Under the pieces are notes generated by a model. That model was not told the origin of the DNA. It saw nothing but the letters and a program-made list of their open reading frames with translations, and did not search any database. Shown in pieces: positions 34,818 to 44,314 of a stretch of DNA of 64,000 nucleotides (its first letter is position 1; each line of letters begins with the position of its first letter). This DNA comes from Oscillospiraceae bacterium (lineage in GTDB: Bacteria > Bacillota > Clostridia > UBA1212 > UBA1255): positions 797-64,796 of the forward strand of contig SVJB01000002.1 in assembly GCA_015069185.1 (NCBI GenBank), written 5' to 3'. Both the position numbers and the translations under genes were made by a program.

Positions 34818-36488
34818 ATGAGTGACGAATTGCTTGATGGAAAATTACTTGCCAAAATGGCGCAGGGTGGTGCTGCTTCATTACGAATGAAAGCAGACGA
34901 GGTTAATAAATTAAATGTTTTTCCTGTACCGGATGGAGATACCGGTGACAATATGAGTCTTACTATTGAGAGTGGTGTTGCGGCTATTGAGAATACCAAT
35001 ACCACTGATCTGGCTTCTGTTATGAAGAAGCTATCTAGAGGTATGTTACTGGGAGCCAGAGGCAATTCAGGTGTTATTCTCTCACAGTTCTTTGCCGGTA
35101 TAGCTAAAGGATTAGAGCCATATAGTGAGGCTGATGCCAGATGCCTTGGAGATGCGCTTTCAGAAGGTGTTAAACAGGCCTATTTGTCAGTGTTGACGCC
35201 TACCGAGGGTACGATCCTTACTGTGGCAAGAGAGGCTGTGGAGTATGCTGTGGCCAAGATTACAGACGATACAACAATACAAGAACTTTTTTCAGATCTG
35301 ATCAAAGAAATGTATGCATCGCTACTTCGTACTCCGGAAAGGCTTGCGGTACTTAAGGAAGCCGGTGTTATTGATAGCGGAGGAGCAGGTCTCTTCTACA
35401 TTATGGACGGATTCTATCGTGTACTTAACGGAGAGGAAATCTCTGATGTTAACATATCTGTTACTGCTGAAAGTCACCCCATCGATGATTTTTCTTCCTT
35501 TGGTCCTGACAGTGAGATGACGTATGGATATTGTACAGAGTTGTTATTACAACTACAAAGTAGCAAAGTAGATGTGGATACTTTTGATCAGGCAGTTATC
35601 ACCGATTTCCTGCAAACAATCGGTGACAGTATTGTTGCTTTTAAGGTAGATAGTATTGTGAAAATACATGTACACACCATGACTCCTGAGAAGGTTTTAG
35701 AATATTGTCGTGGCTTTGGTGAGTTCCTTAAAGTTAAAATTGAAAATATGTCTGTACAACACAGTGAGAATACTGTAGTTGAAGCAGAGGTTAAGGAAGA
35801 AGCTACTGCTGCACCGCAAGAACGTAAAAAATATGGTGTTGTGGCAGTGTGTAACGGAGAAGGTATAAAAGATACATTCACACAGTTAGGTACAGATTGC
35901 ATCGTTGACGGCGGTCAGACACAGAATCCTTCTACTCAGGATTTTATTGAAGCCTTTAAAAGAATTAATGCTGAACATATATTTGTTTTTCCGAATAACG
36001 GAAACATAATTATGGCTGCAACACAGGCAGCGGAGTTGTATCAGGATGCAAGCATACATGTAATTCCCAGTAAAAATCTGGGTGCCGGTTATGTAGCTCT
36101 GGCTCTTATGAACCCTGCAGAAGAGCTAGACAGTCTCATAGAACAGTTTACAGAAGCTGCGGCGTCTGTTGAGACAGGATATATATCACCTTCGATCAGA
36201 GATGCTGATCTCAATGGTATTCATATAACAAACGGCGATTTTATTGGTTTTGTTGGTAAAGAAATGATGGTATCCCATCCGGATAGAGAACAAAGCGCGT
36301 ATTTACTTATCTCAAAAATGCTGGATAACGATGAGAAATTCATGTTAACAGTGTTCATTGGCAAAGATGCGGATAGAGATGCACAACAGAAAATATCTGA
36401 GTACATGGAGACAACTCATCAGGACATAGAGACATACTTCATTGAAGGTGGCCAGGAAATTTACCCTTACATCTTTGTAGCAGAATAA
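34818..36488 (+). CDS. fakA: DAK2-domain fatty acid kinase subunit (FakA / YloV-like)
   Basis: LNVFPVPDGDTGDNM (DAK2 motif) and a C-terminal DegV-like/FakA module. Start moved to ATG 34818, 1 nt after the fakB stop. Confidence 0.85.
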   Translation: MSDELLDGKLLAKMAQGGAASLRMKADEVNKLNVFPVPDGDTGDNMSLTIESGVAAIENTNTTDLASVMKKLSRGMLLGARGNSGVILSQFFAGIAKGLEPYSEADARCLGDALSEGVKQAYLSVLTPTEGTILTVAREAVEYAVAKITDDTTIQELFSDLIKEMYASLLRTPERLAVLKEAGVIDSGGAGLFYIMDGFYRVLNGEEISDVNISVTAESHPIDDFSSFGPDSEMTYGYCTELLLQLQSSKVDVDTFDQAVITDFLQTIGDSIVAFKVDSIVKIHVHTMTPEKVLEYCRGFGEFLKVKIENMSVQHSENTVVEAEVKEEATAAPQERKKYGVVAVCNGEGIKDTFTQLGTDCIVDGGQTQNPSTQDFIEAFKRINAEHIFVFPNNGNIIMAATQAAELYQDASIHVIPSKNLGAGYVALALMNPAEELDSLIEQFTEAAASVETGYISPSIRDADLNGIHITNGDFIGFVGKEMMVSHPDREQSAYLLISKMLDNDEKFMLTVFIGKDADRDAQQKISEYMETTHQDIETYFIEGGQEIYPYIFVAE

Positions 36489-36506
36489 AATAAGTTGTAA
36501 ATCGGA

Positions 36507-38723
36507 TCATTTTTTATCCGCTGTATGTTTCTTGCGATACAAGAAGTGTACAGCGGTTATTGTTATAGCTGATACCAAAGCAGCAGACGCAACGATCAAG
36601 AGAATCAATGTGGATAGACTGATGCCTTTCTTTACGTATACAACATTATCTGGATCAGGATATACACTTGGATTGTCTGTAGTGCCACCGATTAAATATG
36701 CTTTTGAGAAGCTTAAGAAATTATTATTCTTATCAATTTGTCCTACAGCAATGCAATCTCCTGCTTTGAATTTGACTGTTTCATCAATGATTAATGTGCT
36801 ACTGTCTACAAATTTTGTGTTCATTTTATCATCGTTATAAAACACAGTGCTATATGTGGTGAAGTTTGCCCCTTTTATAGTAATCTTTTCACCGGGAATA
36901 ACATCGCTGATGGTTATTTCTTTGACACCAAGTTGCAGGTCTTTAGTTTTATACGGATAGTTTGCTTTTCCGTTATATGAATATTTCTCGCCGTAAATAG
37001 CGTCATACATAAGAAGTTCTAACCACTCTTCATATTTATCATCAGAACTGAAGTTTTGATGTAGTTTAGTAAGTACACCGGTATCAATACCAATGCGTCC
37101 GAGTACAGTAGCATAGAGTTGATATGCTGATAGATCTTTATATTGACGTTCCAATCCAATATTATCCCAGATTACATATTCAGTCTGGAAGAGATCTCCG
37201 TTTGACAGATCTTCTTCTTTTATATCAAAGCTCGGAAGATGATCGCCATACATAACAACAATAGTGTCTTCATCTCTTTCTGAAAGGATTTCTAATAATT
37301 CGCCTACAATGGCATCTACCTCATGCAATTGGTTTATATAATAAGCATATTCATGTGCCAGCGTATCATCTTCTATGCCGGAAACAGAGATTTTAAGTTT
37401 GTCATCGTAAATGGAAGGGTACTTTCCATGGGACTGTACTGAGATTGTATACACACAATCTGCCCCTTCTGTAGAGTCAAGGGCATCGGTAATAGAAGTA
37501 ATAAGAACATCATCTTTGGCCCAACCGGTAATAGTAAATTCAAGGTCTTGCATATATTCCATAGAAGTAAAAGTATCAAAACCAAGATTTGCAAAGACTT
37601 CATTACGATCATAGAAAGTAGCATTGTTGTTATGAATAGCGTGACTGGTGTAGCCATGATTTGCCAGATCATAACAAACACTCTCAACGGCAGTCTTTTT
37701 TAAAACTGTTTTATACGGATATTCGCCCATTCCAAAATATTCCAGAGACATGCCTGCGATAACTTCAAACTCCGTATTTGCAGTACCTGCGCCTATAGAA
37801 GGTACTGCAAGATAACCTGTAGAATATTTATTTTGTAATTCTGTGAAAACCGGTATAGGATTTTCAGAAAACTTCATGCCGGATAAGTGCTGCACATCAA
37901 AGAATGTTTCGAGTTGCAGGAAAATAATATTTGGCTTTTGTTGGCCATCTACCCAGTTTGTGGCAGCATTATTCACTTCGTTGTTATTATCTGCGGCGTT
38001 TTCCAGTTGAGTCATAATATTTTCAATATCCCCGGATTCATATTGTGACGGTTTATCAATTCCTACATCAAAGACACTGCACATAAAACAATAGTTAAAA
38101 CCGTAATCCAGGTATGCATTAGCCAGATTTTTCACATGATCTGACATTAAAATACCGGTACGTCTGAAAACAAGCAGACATATAACCAGCAGGAAAATAC
38201 TTACAGCGGAAGTGATACCGCTCTTTATGTAGTTGACTTTTGCTTTAGGCCCTTTTATAAAGAATACAATCAAAAGAGCCACTGCTAGTAATATTGCAGA
38301 TATAACCAAGACAATCTCGATATTACTAAGATAAATCTGAATCAGACTGAATTTTACAAATGCCAGGTCAGTCCACTCGAATGGTGTGACTCTCATCAGA
38401 AGAACAACGCCGTTTATGATTCCCATAGCCAGCCATATTGCTGATATCAGAGACATCCAGAAATATTTTCTCTTGAATAAAGTACAGATAGCAATGGAAG
38501 TGACTATCATCAGACTGTTAAATAGAAATGGCAAAGGTTTAGTACATATATGTACAATCGCCTCCACAAGCGAATGACGATGCAGTATTTCTGTGATAAG
38601 ATTCAGGGTGACTCCCAGAATGATACTTTCCAGTGCCGGCCTGTTATCTATGAAAAGGGCACATTTTTTAATAATTTGCCAAAGTTTCTTAAAAAAATTC
38701 TTTATTTTATCTTTGAAGGTCAT
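36507..38723 (-). CDS. LTA-synthase/sulfatase-family membrane protein with extra C-terminal beta domain and C-terminal TM
   Basis: About 5 N-terminal TM segments. Sulfatase-like core (PNIIFLQLETFFD, GAGTANTEFEV, HGDHLPS). C-terminus has ITISDVIPGEKITIKGANFTTYSTVFYND (IPT/TIG-like), then the TM LSTLILLIVASAALVSAITITAV and a basic tail. Confidence 0.8.
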   Translation of the reverse strand: MTFKDKIKNFFKKLWQIIKKCALFIDNRPALESIILGVTLNLITEILHRHSLVEAIVHICTKPLPFLFNSLMIVTSIAICTLFKRKYFWMSLISAIWLAMGIINGVVLLMRVTPFEWTDLAFVKFSLIQIYLSNIEIVLVISAILLAVALLIVFFIKGPKAKVNYIKSGITSAVSIFLLVICLLVFRRTGILMSDHVKNLANAYLDYGFNYCFMCSVFDVGIDKPSQYESGDIENIMTQLENAADNNNEVNNAATNWVDGQQKPNIIFLQLETFFDVQHLSGMKFSENPIPVFTELQNKYSTGYLAVPSIGAGTANTEFEVIAGMSLEYFGMGEYPYKTVLKKTAVESVCYDLANHGYTSHAIHNNNATFYDRNEVFANLGFDTFTSMEYMQDLEFTITGWAKDDVLITSITDALDSTEGADCVYTISVQSHGKYPSIYDDKLKISVSGIEDDTLAHEYAYYINQLHEVDAIVGELLEILSERDEDTIVVMYGDHLPSFDIKEEDLSNGDLFQTEYVIWDNIGLERQYKDLSAYQLYATVLGRIGIDTGVLTKLHQNFSSDDKYEEWLELLMYDAIYGEKYSYNGKANYPYKTKDLQLGVKEITISDVIPGEKITIKGANFTTYSTVFYNDDKMNTKFVDSSTLIIDETVKFKAGDCIAVGQIDKNNNFLSFSKAYLIGGTTDNPSVYPDPDNVVYVKKGISLSTLILLIVASAALVSAITITAVHFLYRKKHTADKK

Positions 38724-38796
38724 TCTATCATCGCCTTATATTCATAATTACTGATGCACAGGGCGCATATAATAATTCTACCATAGATATAAAAAA

Positions 38797-38825
38797 GAGG
38801 AAAGTCGTAAAACTTTCCTCTTTTG
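38797..38825. terminator. Bidirectional terminator downstream of the SASP gene
   Basis: GAGGAAAGT (38797-38805) pairs with ACTTTCCTC (38812-38820), flanked by an A-run and TTTT. Confidence 0.75.
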
Positions 38826-38841
38826 ATTTATTTTACAAAAC

Positions 38842-39033
38842 TTATTTGTTTGAACCTGTAAAATAATTATTTCCTGTATAGCTTTCGAACACTTTGCGTA
38901 CGATATTACCGCCGATTGTACCTGCATCACGAGAAGTAAGGTCACCGTTATAACCATCCTTCAAATTAATGCCGGACTCTCTTGCTATCTCATACTTCAT
39001 CTGATCAAAGCTTGTTTTACTTTTATTGGACAT
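38842..39033 (-). CDS. Alpha/beta-type small acid-soluble spore protein
   Basis: 63 aa. KYEIARESGINLKDGYNGDLTSRDAGTIGGNIVRKV matches the conserved SASP germination-protease and DNA-binding motifs. Confidence 0.9.
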   Translation of the reverse strand: MSNKSKTSFDQMKYEIARESGINLKDGYNGDLTSRDAGTIGGNIVRKVFESYTGNNYFTGSNK

Positions 39034-39163
39034 TGTTTTTTCCTCCCAAACTATCTGCGCCGGTTCTATCCGGCTTCGTGCTTTTTATAAAGCACGTGAA
39101 AATATTATTTGCTTTTTCTCTTATTCTAAACCAGGTAATTTATACCATTTATCCTTATTCTTT

Positions 39164-39376
39164 TCAGTCGTGTGCATGACGACTTGTGAAAAGCATACTA
39201 ATTGAATAAATGCCGGCGATACCAACTAAAGAATAAATTATTCTGCTAACTATTGAGGTTGAGCCGCCAAAAAGCTGTGCTACGATGTCAAATCTGAACA
39301 GACCTACTGACAGCCAAACAAGAGCACCAATGATTACCAAAACCAAAGCAAGTTTATCTAATCCTGTTTTTGCCAT
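39164..39376 (-). CDS. DUF378-family small membrane protein
   Basis: LDKLALVLVIIGALVWLSVGLFRFDIVAQLFGG...IIYSLVGIAGIY is typical DUF378. Start set at ATG 39376, after AAAGGAG. Confidence 0.8.
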   Translation of the reverse strand: MAKTGLDKLALVLVIIGALVWLSVGLFRFDIVAQLFGGSTSIVSRIIYSLVGIAGIYSISMLFTSRHAHD

Positions 39377-39607
39377 TTCACTTTCGCTCCTTTCAGGCAT
39401 TTTATATTTAATGCCGTTCATAATTATTTGTAATACATCCGTGTATTATGTTGGAAATTTCAGGAATTTATGATACCATTGCAAATACTTTTGCTGTTTA
39501 TATAACTATAGTGATAGTCACAAAAAGTTTTCAATATCAGTATTGTAAAAAACATATAAAAGGAATAATATTAGAGCATTAAACAAAAAAAGAAGAGGTG
39601 CTTTGTT

Positions 39608-41377
39608 ATGCTACCGAGAAGCGAGTACCCACGCCCTCAATTAGTGAGAGATAATTGGATAAATTTAAATGGAAAATGGCAATTTGAGTTTGACTTTGGA
39701 CAAACAGGTGAAGCACGTGGTTTGTGCGCAGCTGATGCAGGAACTTTATTTTCACAGGAAATTACAGTACCATTCTGTCCTGAAAGTAAATTATCCGGTA
39801 TTGGCCATACAGATTATATGAATTGTGTTTGGTATCGTAAGACTTTGGCAATTCCTGAAGAATGGAGTTGTGACAAAGGATATGTGCTATTACATTTTGG
39901 GGCTGTTGATTGGAAAGCTGATGTATGGGTTAATGGAACACTTGCAGGTTGGCATCACGGCGGATACACACCATTTACTATAGATATTACAAAATTGATA
40001 CAGTCCGGTGAAAATGTGATTACTCTCCGGGCAACGGATAGTCAGCTCCGCGCAGGCAATCAATCTGCCGGAAAACAAAGTCCCCGTTATGAATCGTTTG
40101 GATGTTTTTATACAAGGACAACAGGTATATGGCAAACAGTATGGATGGAATATGTTCCTGAAGTATACATAGATAAACTTAATATAACTCCCGACATAAA
40201 CAATTCGAAGATTGATATGCATGTAGTCCTTTGTGGAAATATGGCGGAGTGGAAAGACTTACGGCTTGAAGCAATTACATTATATGAGGGAAAAGAAACC
40301 GGAACGAAAAGTATTATTCCTACATGGAGAGGAAGTAATATTTCTGTAGATCTTAATGAACTGCATTTATGGGAGCCTCTTTGCGGCAGACTATATGATC
40401 TTAAGATAAATTTATATAAAGGTACACAGCTTGTGGATTCTGTTACGTCTTACTTTGGTATGAGAAGTGTAGCTCTTACGGATAATGTCATTTTGGTTAA
40501 TGGCAAACCTGTATTTCAGCGACTTATACTAGATCAGGGTTTCTATCCGGACGGTATCTATACTGCTCCTACAGATGATGAGTTGAGATTGGATATTCAA
40601 AGAGCAATTGACATGGGATTCAATGGCGCCAGATTGCATCAGAAAATATTTGAACCTCGTTTCTTATATTGGGCAGATAAAGCAGGATACCTTTGTTGGG
40701 GAGAGCATGCCAACTGGAATCTTGATATTTCCAGAGAAGAAAATCTTATTAATTTCCAGAATGAATGGACAGAGGAGATACAAAGAGATTATAGTCACCC
40801 ATGTATTATTGGTTGGTGTCCTTTTAATGAAACACAACAAAATCAGAGCAATCGCATATTAAATACAATATTTGAGTTAACAAAACAGTTGGATTCTACC
40901 CGCCCTGTTATAGATACCAGTGGTTGGGTTCACCACCGGGCAAGGGATGGAAGAGCCGGCACGGATGTCTTTGATGTTCATGACTATGAGCAGAGTCCGG
41001 ATGTTTTCAAAGAGAAATATCTTCCATTTTCACAGGGTATTGTACCGCCACATGTAACATTTAGTCCTATAGATACCTGGCTACCCGATATTCCGTATTT
41101 TGTCAGTGAATTTGGAGGTACACGATGGGCACCACAAGAGGAAAGCTCAGGTTGGGGCTATGGCAAGGGGCCTGATAATGAAAATGATTTTATTGAGCGT
41201 TATCGTGGCTTGGTAACTTCTCTGTTAGATAATCCAAAGGTGTGTGCATTCTGTTATACACAGCTTACAGATGTAGAGCAGGAGGTAAATGGACTGTATT
41301 ATTATGATAGAAAACCTAAATTTGATCCGGCTGTGATAAAAGCGATTACATCTCAGCCGGCTGCGATAGAAAAGTAA
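39608..41377 (+). CDS. Glycoside hydrolase family 2 protein
   Basis: The sugar-binding N-domain (LHFGAVDWKADVWVNGTLAGWHHGGYTPFTIDIT) and a TIM-barrel with NGARLHQK, WCPFNE and SEFGG are consistent with the GH2 acid/base and nucleophile regions. Confidence 0.8.
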   Translation: MLPRSEYPRPQLVRDNWINLNGKWQFEFDFGQTGEARGLCAADAGTLFSQEITVPFCPESKLSGIGHTDYMNCVWYRKTLAIPEEWSCDKGYVLLHFGAVDWKADVWVNGTLAGWHHGGYTPFTIDITKLIQSGENVITLRATDSQLRAGNQSAGKQSPRYESFGCFYTRTTGIWQTVWMEYVPEVYIDKLNITPDINNSKIDMHVVLCGNMAEWKDLRLEAITLYEGKETGTKSIIPTWRGSNISVDLNELHLWEPLCGRLYDLKINLYKGTQLVDSVTSYFGMRSVALTDNVILVNGKPVFQRLILDQGFYPDGIYTAPTDDELRLDIQRAIDMGFNGARLHQKIFEPRFLYWADKAGYLCWGEHANWNLDISREENLINFQNEWTEEIQRDYSHPCIIGWCPFNETQQNQSNRILNTIFELTKQLDSTRPVIDTSGWVHHRARDGRAGTDVFDVHDYEQSPDVFKEKYLPFSQGIVPPHVTFSPIDTWLPDIPYFVSEFGGTRWAPQEESSGWGYGKGPDNENDFIERYRGLVTSLLDNPKVCAFCYTQLTDVEQEVNGLYYYDRKPKFDPAVIKAITSQPAAIEK

Positions 41378-41389
41378 GGAGAGTGTCTT

Positions 41390-42226
41390 GTGAAAAAGTG
41401 GATTATACCAATAATAATATTAGTAGTATTAATCGTTGTTGGCGCGTGTGCTGTTGTATATGTAATGTTTCCTGAAGAGAAAGAAAAAGGAAAGTACGAC
41501 GATATCACAAGTTGGGAAGATGATTATAATTCAGTAAAGCTGGAAGAGGTTACTGAACTTGAAGTTGGCATGAATGTGTATTTTGGTAGCTATGAGCAGG
41601 ACCGTGACAAAGAAAATGGTAAAGAACCAATAATATGGCGTGTCTTGGCAATAGAGGACGGTAAGGCGTTATTGTTGTCTGAGTATGTTCTGGATCAGAT
41701 AGATTATCATTCTGTAAAGGAAAATGTTACATGGGAAACAAGCGACCTTCGTAAATGGCTTAATGGTGAATTCTATAATGATTCATTTAATGTGGATGAA
41801 AAGGATCGTATAATTGAGGCAGAGCTTGATAATCCTGAAAATGATTTCTCAGGAGCAAGTGGCGGAGAGAAAACAAGTGATTTCTGCTTTGTCCTTAGCA
41901 TGAAGGAGATAGAAGAGTATCTTAATACAACATGGGTATCACAAGAGTATGCAGTATGCTCCTATTGCGGATATGAAGTGTATAACAAAGGCAAATTGGC
42001 AGCTCCTATAACTGCATATGCAAATTATCGAGAAGCTGTATACCTTAAAGGAACCTCCAAATGCAGACATATAAGATATATGGGCTTCTGGTGGACTCGC
42101 ACTCCCGGAGCAACACAGAAGCAAGTGGTATACGTAAGAGGCGATGGCCGTATTATTGAGAAAGGTGACGATGTTCACTTTTCGTCTGCAGCAGTCAGGC
42201 CTGCTATATGGATAAGAATTAATTAA
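41390..42226 (+). CDS. Membrane-anchored DUF6273-like protein
   Basis: N-terminal TM. EPIIWRVLAIEDGKALLLSEYVLD and WWTRTPG are typical of this family as I recall it. GTG start follows AAGGAGAG. Confidence 0.6.
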   Translation: MKKWIIPIIILVVLIVVGACAVVYVMFPEEKEKGKYDDITSWEDDYNSVKLEEVTELEVGMNVYFGSYEQDRDKENGKEPIIWRVLAIEDGKALLLSEYVLDQIDYHSVKENVTWETSDLRKWLNGEFYNDSFNVDEKDRIIEAELDNPENDFSGASGGEKTSDFCFVLSMKEIEEYLNTTWVSQEYAVCSYCGYEVYNKGKLAAPITAYANYREAVYLKGTSKCRHIRYMGFWWTRTPGATQKQVVYVRGDGRIIEKGDDVHFSSAAVRPAIWIRIN

Positions 42227-42245
42227 TAATAGGAAAGGTGATATT

Positions 42246-43055
42246 ATGAAATTTTCGGTGGCATTACAATTATTCTCTGTAAGAGATGAAGCGAGCAAAG
42301 ACTTAAGGGGTACACTCGCACAAGTAAAACAAATGGGATATGATGGTGTAGAGTTTGCAGGGCTGCATGGGCATGATGCAGCAGACATAAGGCAAATGCT
42401 TGATGAAGTCGGTTTGGTTGGTATCTCTGCTCACGTAGCACCAGCTGAGTTGATGTCTGACATCGAGGGAAAGATTAACGATTACGCAACTATCGGATGT
42501 AAATATATTGCAGTACCGTATCTTGGAGAACAGGATCGTCCGGGTGCGACAAATTGGCCGCAAGTTGCAAAGGCAATCAGACAGATTGCTGCAGTAGCCA
42601 AAGAAAAAGGCATTACCATTCTTTACCATAATCATGATTTTGAATTTGCTAAGCAAGACGGTGAATATTTGCTTGACCTTATGTATAAGGAACTGCCGGC
42701 AGAAGTGTTGCAGACAGAGCTGGATACTTGCTGGGTTAATGTTGGCGGTGCGGATCCGGTTGAATATATACTGAAATACTCCGGTAGAGCCCCTGTGGTA
42801 CATATTAAGGATTTTGTAGGAAGCAAAACAGAGAACATGTATGAACTTATCGGCATTGACAAGAAGGCCGATGTAACACAAAAATTTGAATTCAGACCTG
42901 TAGGTAAAGGTGTACAGAATTTCCCTGCAATCATTGGTGCAGCTGTGCAGGCAGGAACCTCATGGCTTGTAGTAGAACAGGATATGCCGAGCCTTGGACT
43001 CACTCCTATGGAGTGCGCTAAGGAAAGCATTGAATATATGAAAACAATTTTATAA
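42246..43055 (+). CDS. Sugar phosphate isomerase/epimerase (xylose-isomerase-like TIM barrel)
   Basis: QMGYDGVEFAG...YHNHDFEF...ELDTCW pattern of the AP_endonuc_2 fold. Confidence 0.8.
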   Translation: MKFSVALQLFSVRDEASKDLRGTLAQVKQMGYDGVEFAGLHGHDAADIRQMLDEVGLVGISAHVAPAELMSDIEGKINDYATIGCKYIAVPYLGEQDRPGATNWPQVAKAIRQIAAVAKEKGITILYHNHDFEFAKQDGEYLLDLMYKELPAEVLQTELDTCWVNVGGADPVEYILKYSGRAPVVHIKDFVGSKTENMYELIGIDKKADVTQKFEFRPVGKGVQNFPAIIGAAVQAGTSWLVVEQDMPSLGLTPMECAKESIEYMKTIL

Positions 43056-43080
43056 AAGTAAGTATTCTGGAGGTAATATT

Positions 43081-44241
43081 ATGAGTAACATTCTCGACGC
43101 ATTCAAAGAAGATCATACACAAAAGGTTAGTGTAGATACAGATAAGAAAATACGTATTGGTATTATTGGTACGGGTTGGATTGCAGGAGCTCATGCAGAA
43201 GCATTCAAACATATGCCTGATCTGGAACTTGTTGCAGCCAGCGATCTCATTCCCGGGAAGGCGGCTGCTTTTGTAGCAGAGCACGGATTTAAAAATGTTA
43301 AAACAGATTATAAAGATCATCTGGAAATGATAAACGATGATAGCCTTGGGCTTGATGCTGTAAGTATTTGTACATATAACTGTCAACATGCTGTATGTAC
43401 TATTGATGCACTTAACAAAGGGCTACATGTATTGCTTGAGAAGCCTATGTGTGTTACTCTCGAAGAAGCTGTTGAGATTTGTCGTGCAGAGAAGAGAAGT
43501 GGTAAGATATTATCTATTGGGTTCCAGCCTCGTTTCGACGAGAATATGAAGATGGTTAAGAAAATTTGCCAGTCCGGTGAGCTAGGTAAGATTTATTACA
43601 TTCAGACAGGTGGCGGACGTAGACGTGGTATTCCTACACCATTTGGCACAACATTTATTGAGAAAGAAACAGGCGGTATTGGCGCACTGGGTGATATAGG
43701 TTGTTATTCCCTTGATATGATTATGAATGCCATTGGACACCCAAAGCCTCTTACTGTCACAGGCTATAAATCAGCATATTTCGGCACAGATCCTAAGAAT
43801 TATCCTGGACACCCTGAATATGCTGAGAAATTTGGCGTAGATGATTTTGCTGCCGGATTTGTACGTCTTGAAGGAGATATAATAATTGACTTCCGTATTG
43901 CATGGGCTATGAATCTTGATACACCCGGAGATACAATTATAATGGGAACAAAAGGTGGATTGCGTATACCATCCACGGAATGTTGGAACGGTTCTATCGG
44001 AGGCCCCATGACTATTTATCACGAAGTTGGCGGTGCACAGGTCCAAACACAGATTCCTGTACTCAAAACAAGTGAGGATTGTTTCCATCTGAAGGTTCGT
44101 TACTTCCTGGACGCATGCAAGGGCATTTGTCCATCTCCCGTTCCTGCGTCTGAGATTCTCTATAATCAGGCAATATTAAGTGGTATTGCTAAGTCAGCAG
44201 AGTTGGGCCACGAGATTGAGATAGATATTCCTGAAATCTGA
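43081..44241 (+). CDS. Gfo/Idh/MocA-family oxidoreductase
   Basis: N-terminal Rossmann IRIGIIGTGWIAGAHAEAF, plus LLEKPM and the C-terminal dimerisation domain. Confidence 0.85.
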   Translation: MSNILDAFKEDHTQKVSVDTDKKIRIGIIGTGWIAGAHAEAFKHMPDLELVAASDLIPGKAAAFVAEHGFKNVKTDYKDHLEMINDDSLGLDAVSICTYNCQHAVCTIDALNKGLHVLLEKPMCVTLEEAVEICRAEKRSGKILSIGFQPRFDENMKMVKKICQSGELGKIYYIQTGGGRRRGIPTPFGTTFIEKETGGIGALGDIGCYSLDMIMNAIGHPKPLTVTGYKSAYFGTDPKNYPGHPEYAEKFGVDDFAAGFVRLEGDIIIDFRIAWAMNLDTPGDTIIMGTKGGLRIPSTECWNGSIGGPMTIYHEVGGAQVQTQIPVLKTSEDCFHLKVRYFLDACKGICPSPVPASEILYNQAILSGIAKSAELGHEIEIDIPEI

Positions 44242-44264
44242 TTTTCACATAGTAAAGTACAATA

Positions 44265-44296
44265 AAAGCGCCGGTTTCATTTGATGCCGGCGCTTT
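44265..44296. terminator. Bidirectional terminator between convergent genes
   Basis: AAAGCGCCGG (44265-44274) pairs with CCGGCGCTTT (44287-44296). Confidence 0.8.
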
Positions 44297-44314
44297 GTTA
44301 GTATTGTAAAGATA

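Noticed and set aside
39034-39163. Search for a sigmaG/sigmaF promoter upstream of the SASP gene (minus strand)
   Set aside because: Hairpins are present (CGTGCTTT/AAAGCACG at 39077-39096 and GCCGG/CCGGC). I could not find a convincing GHATR-N17/18-CATxHTA match, so I made no promoter call.
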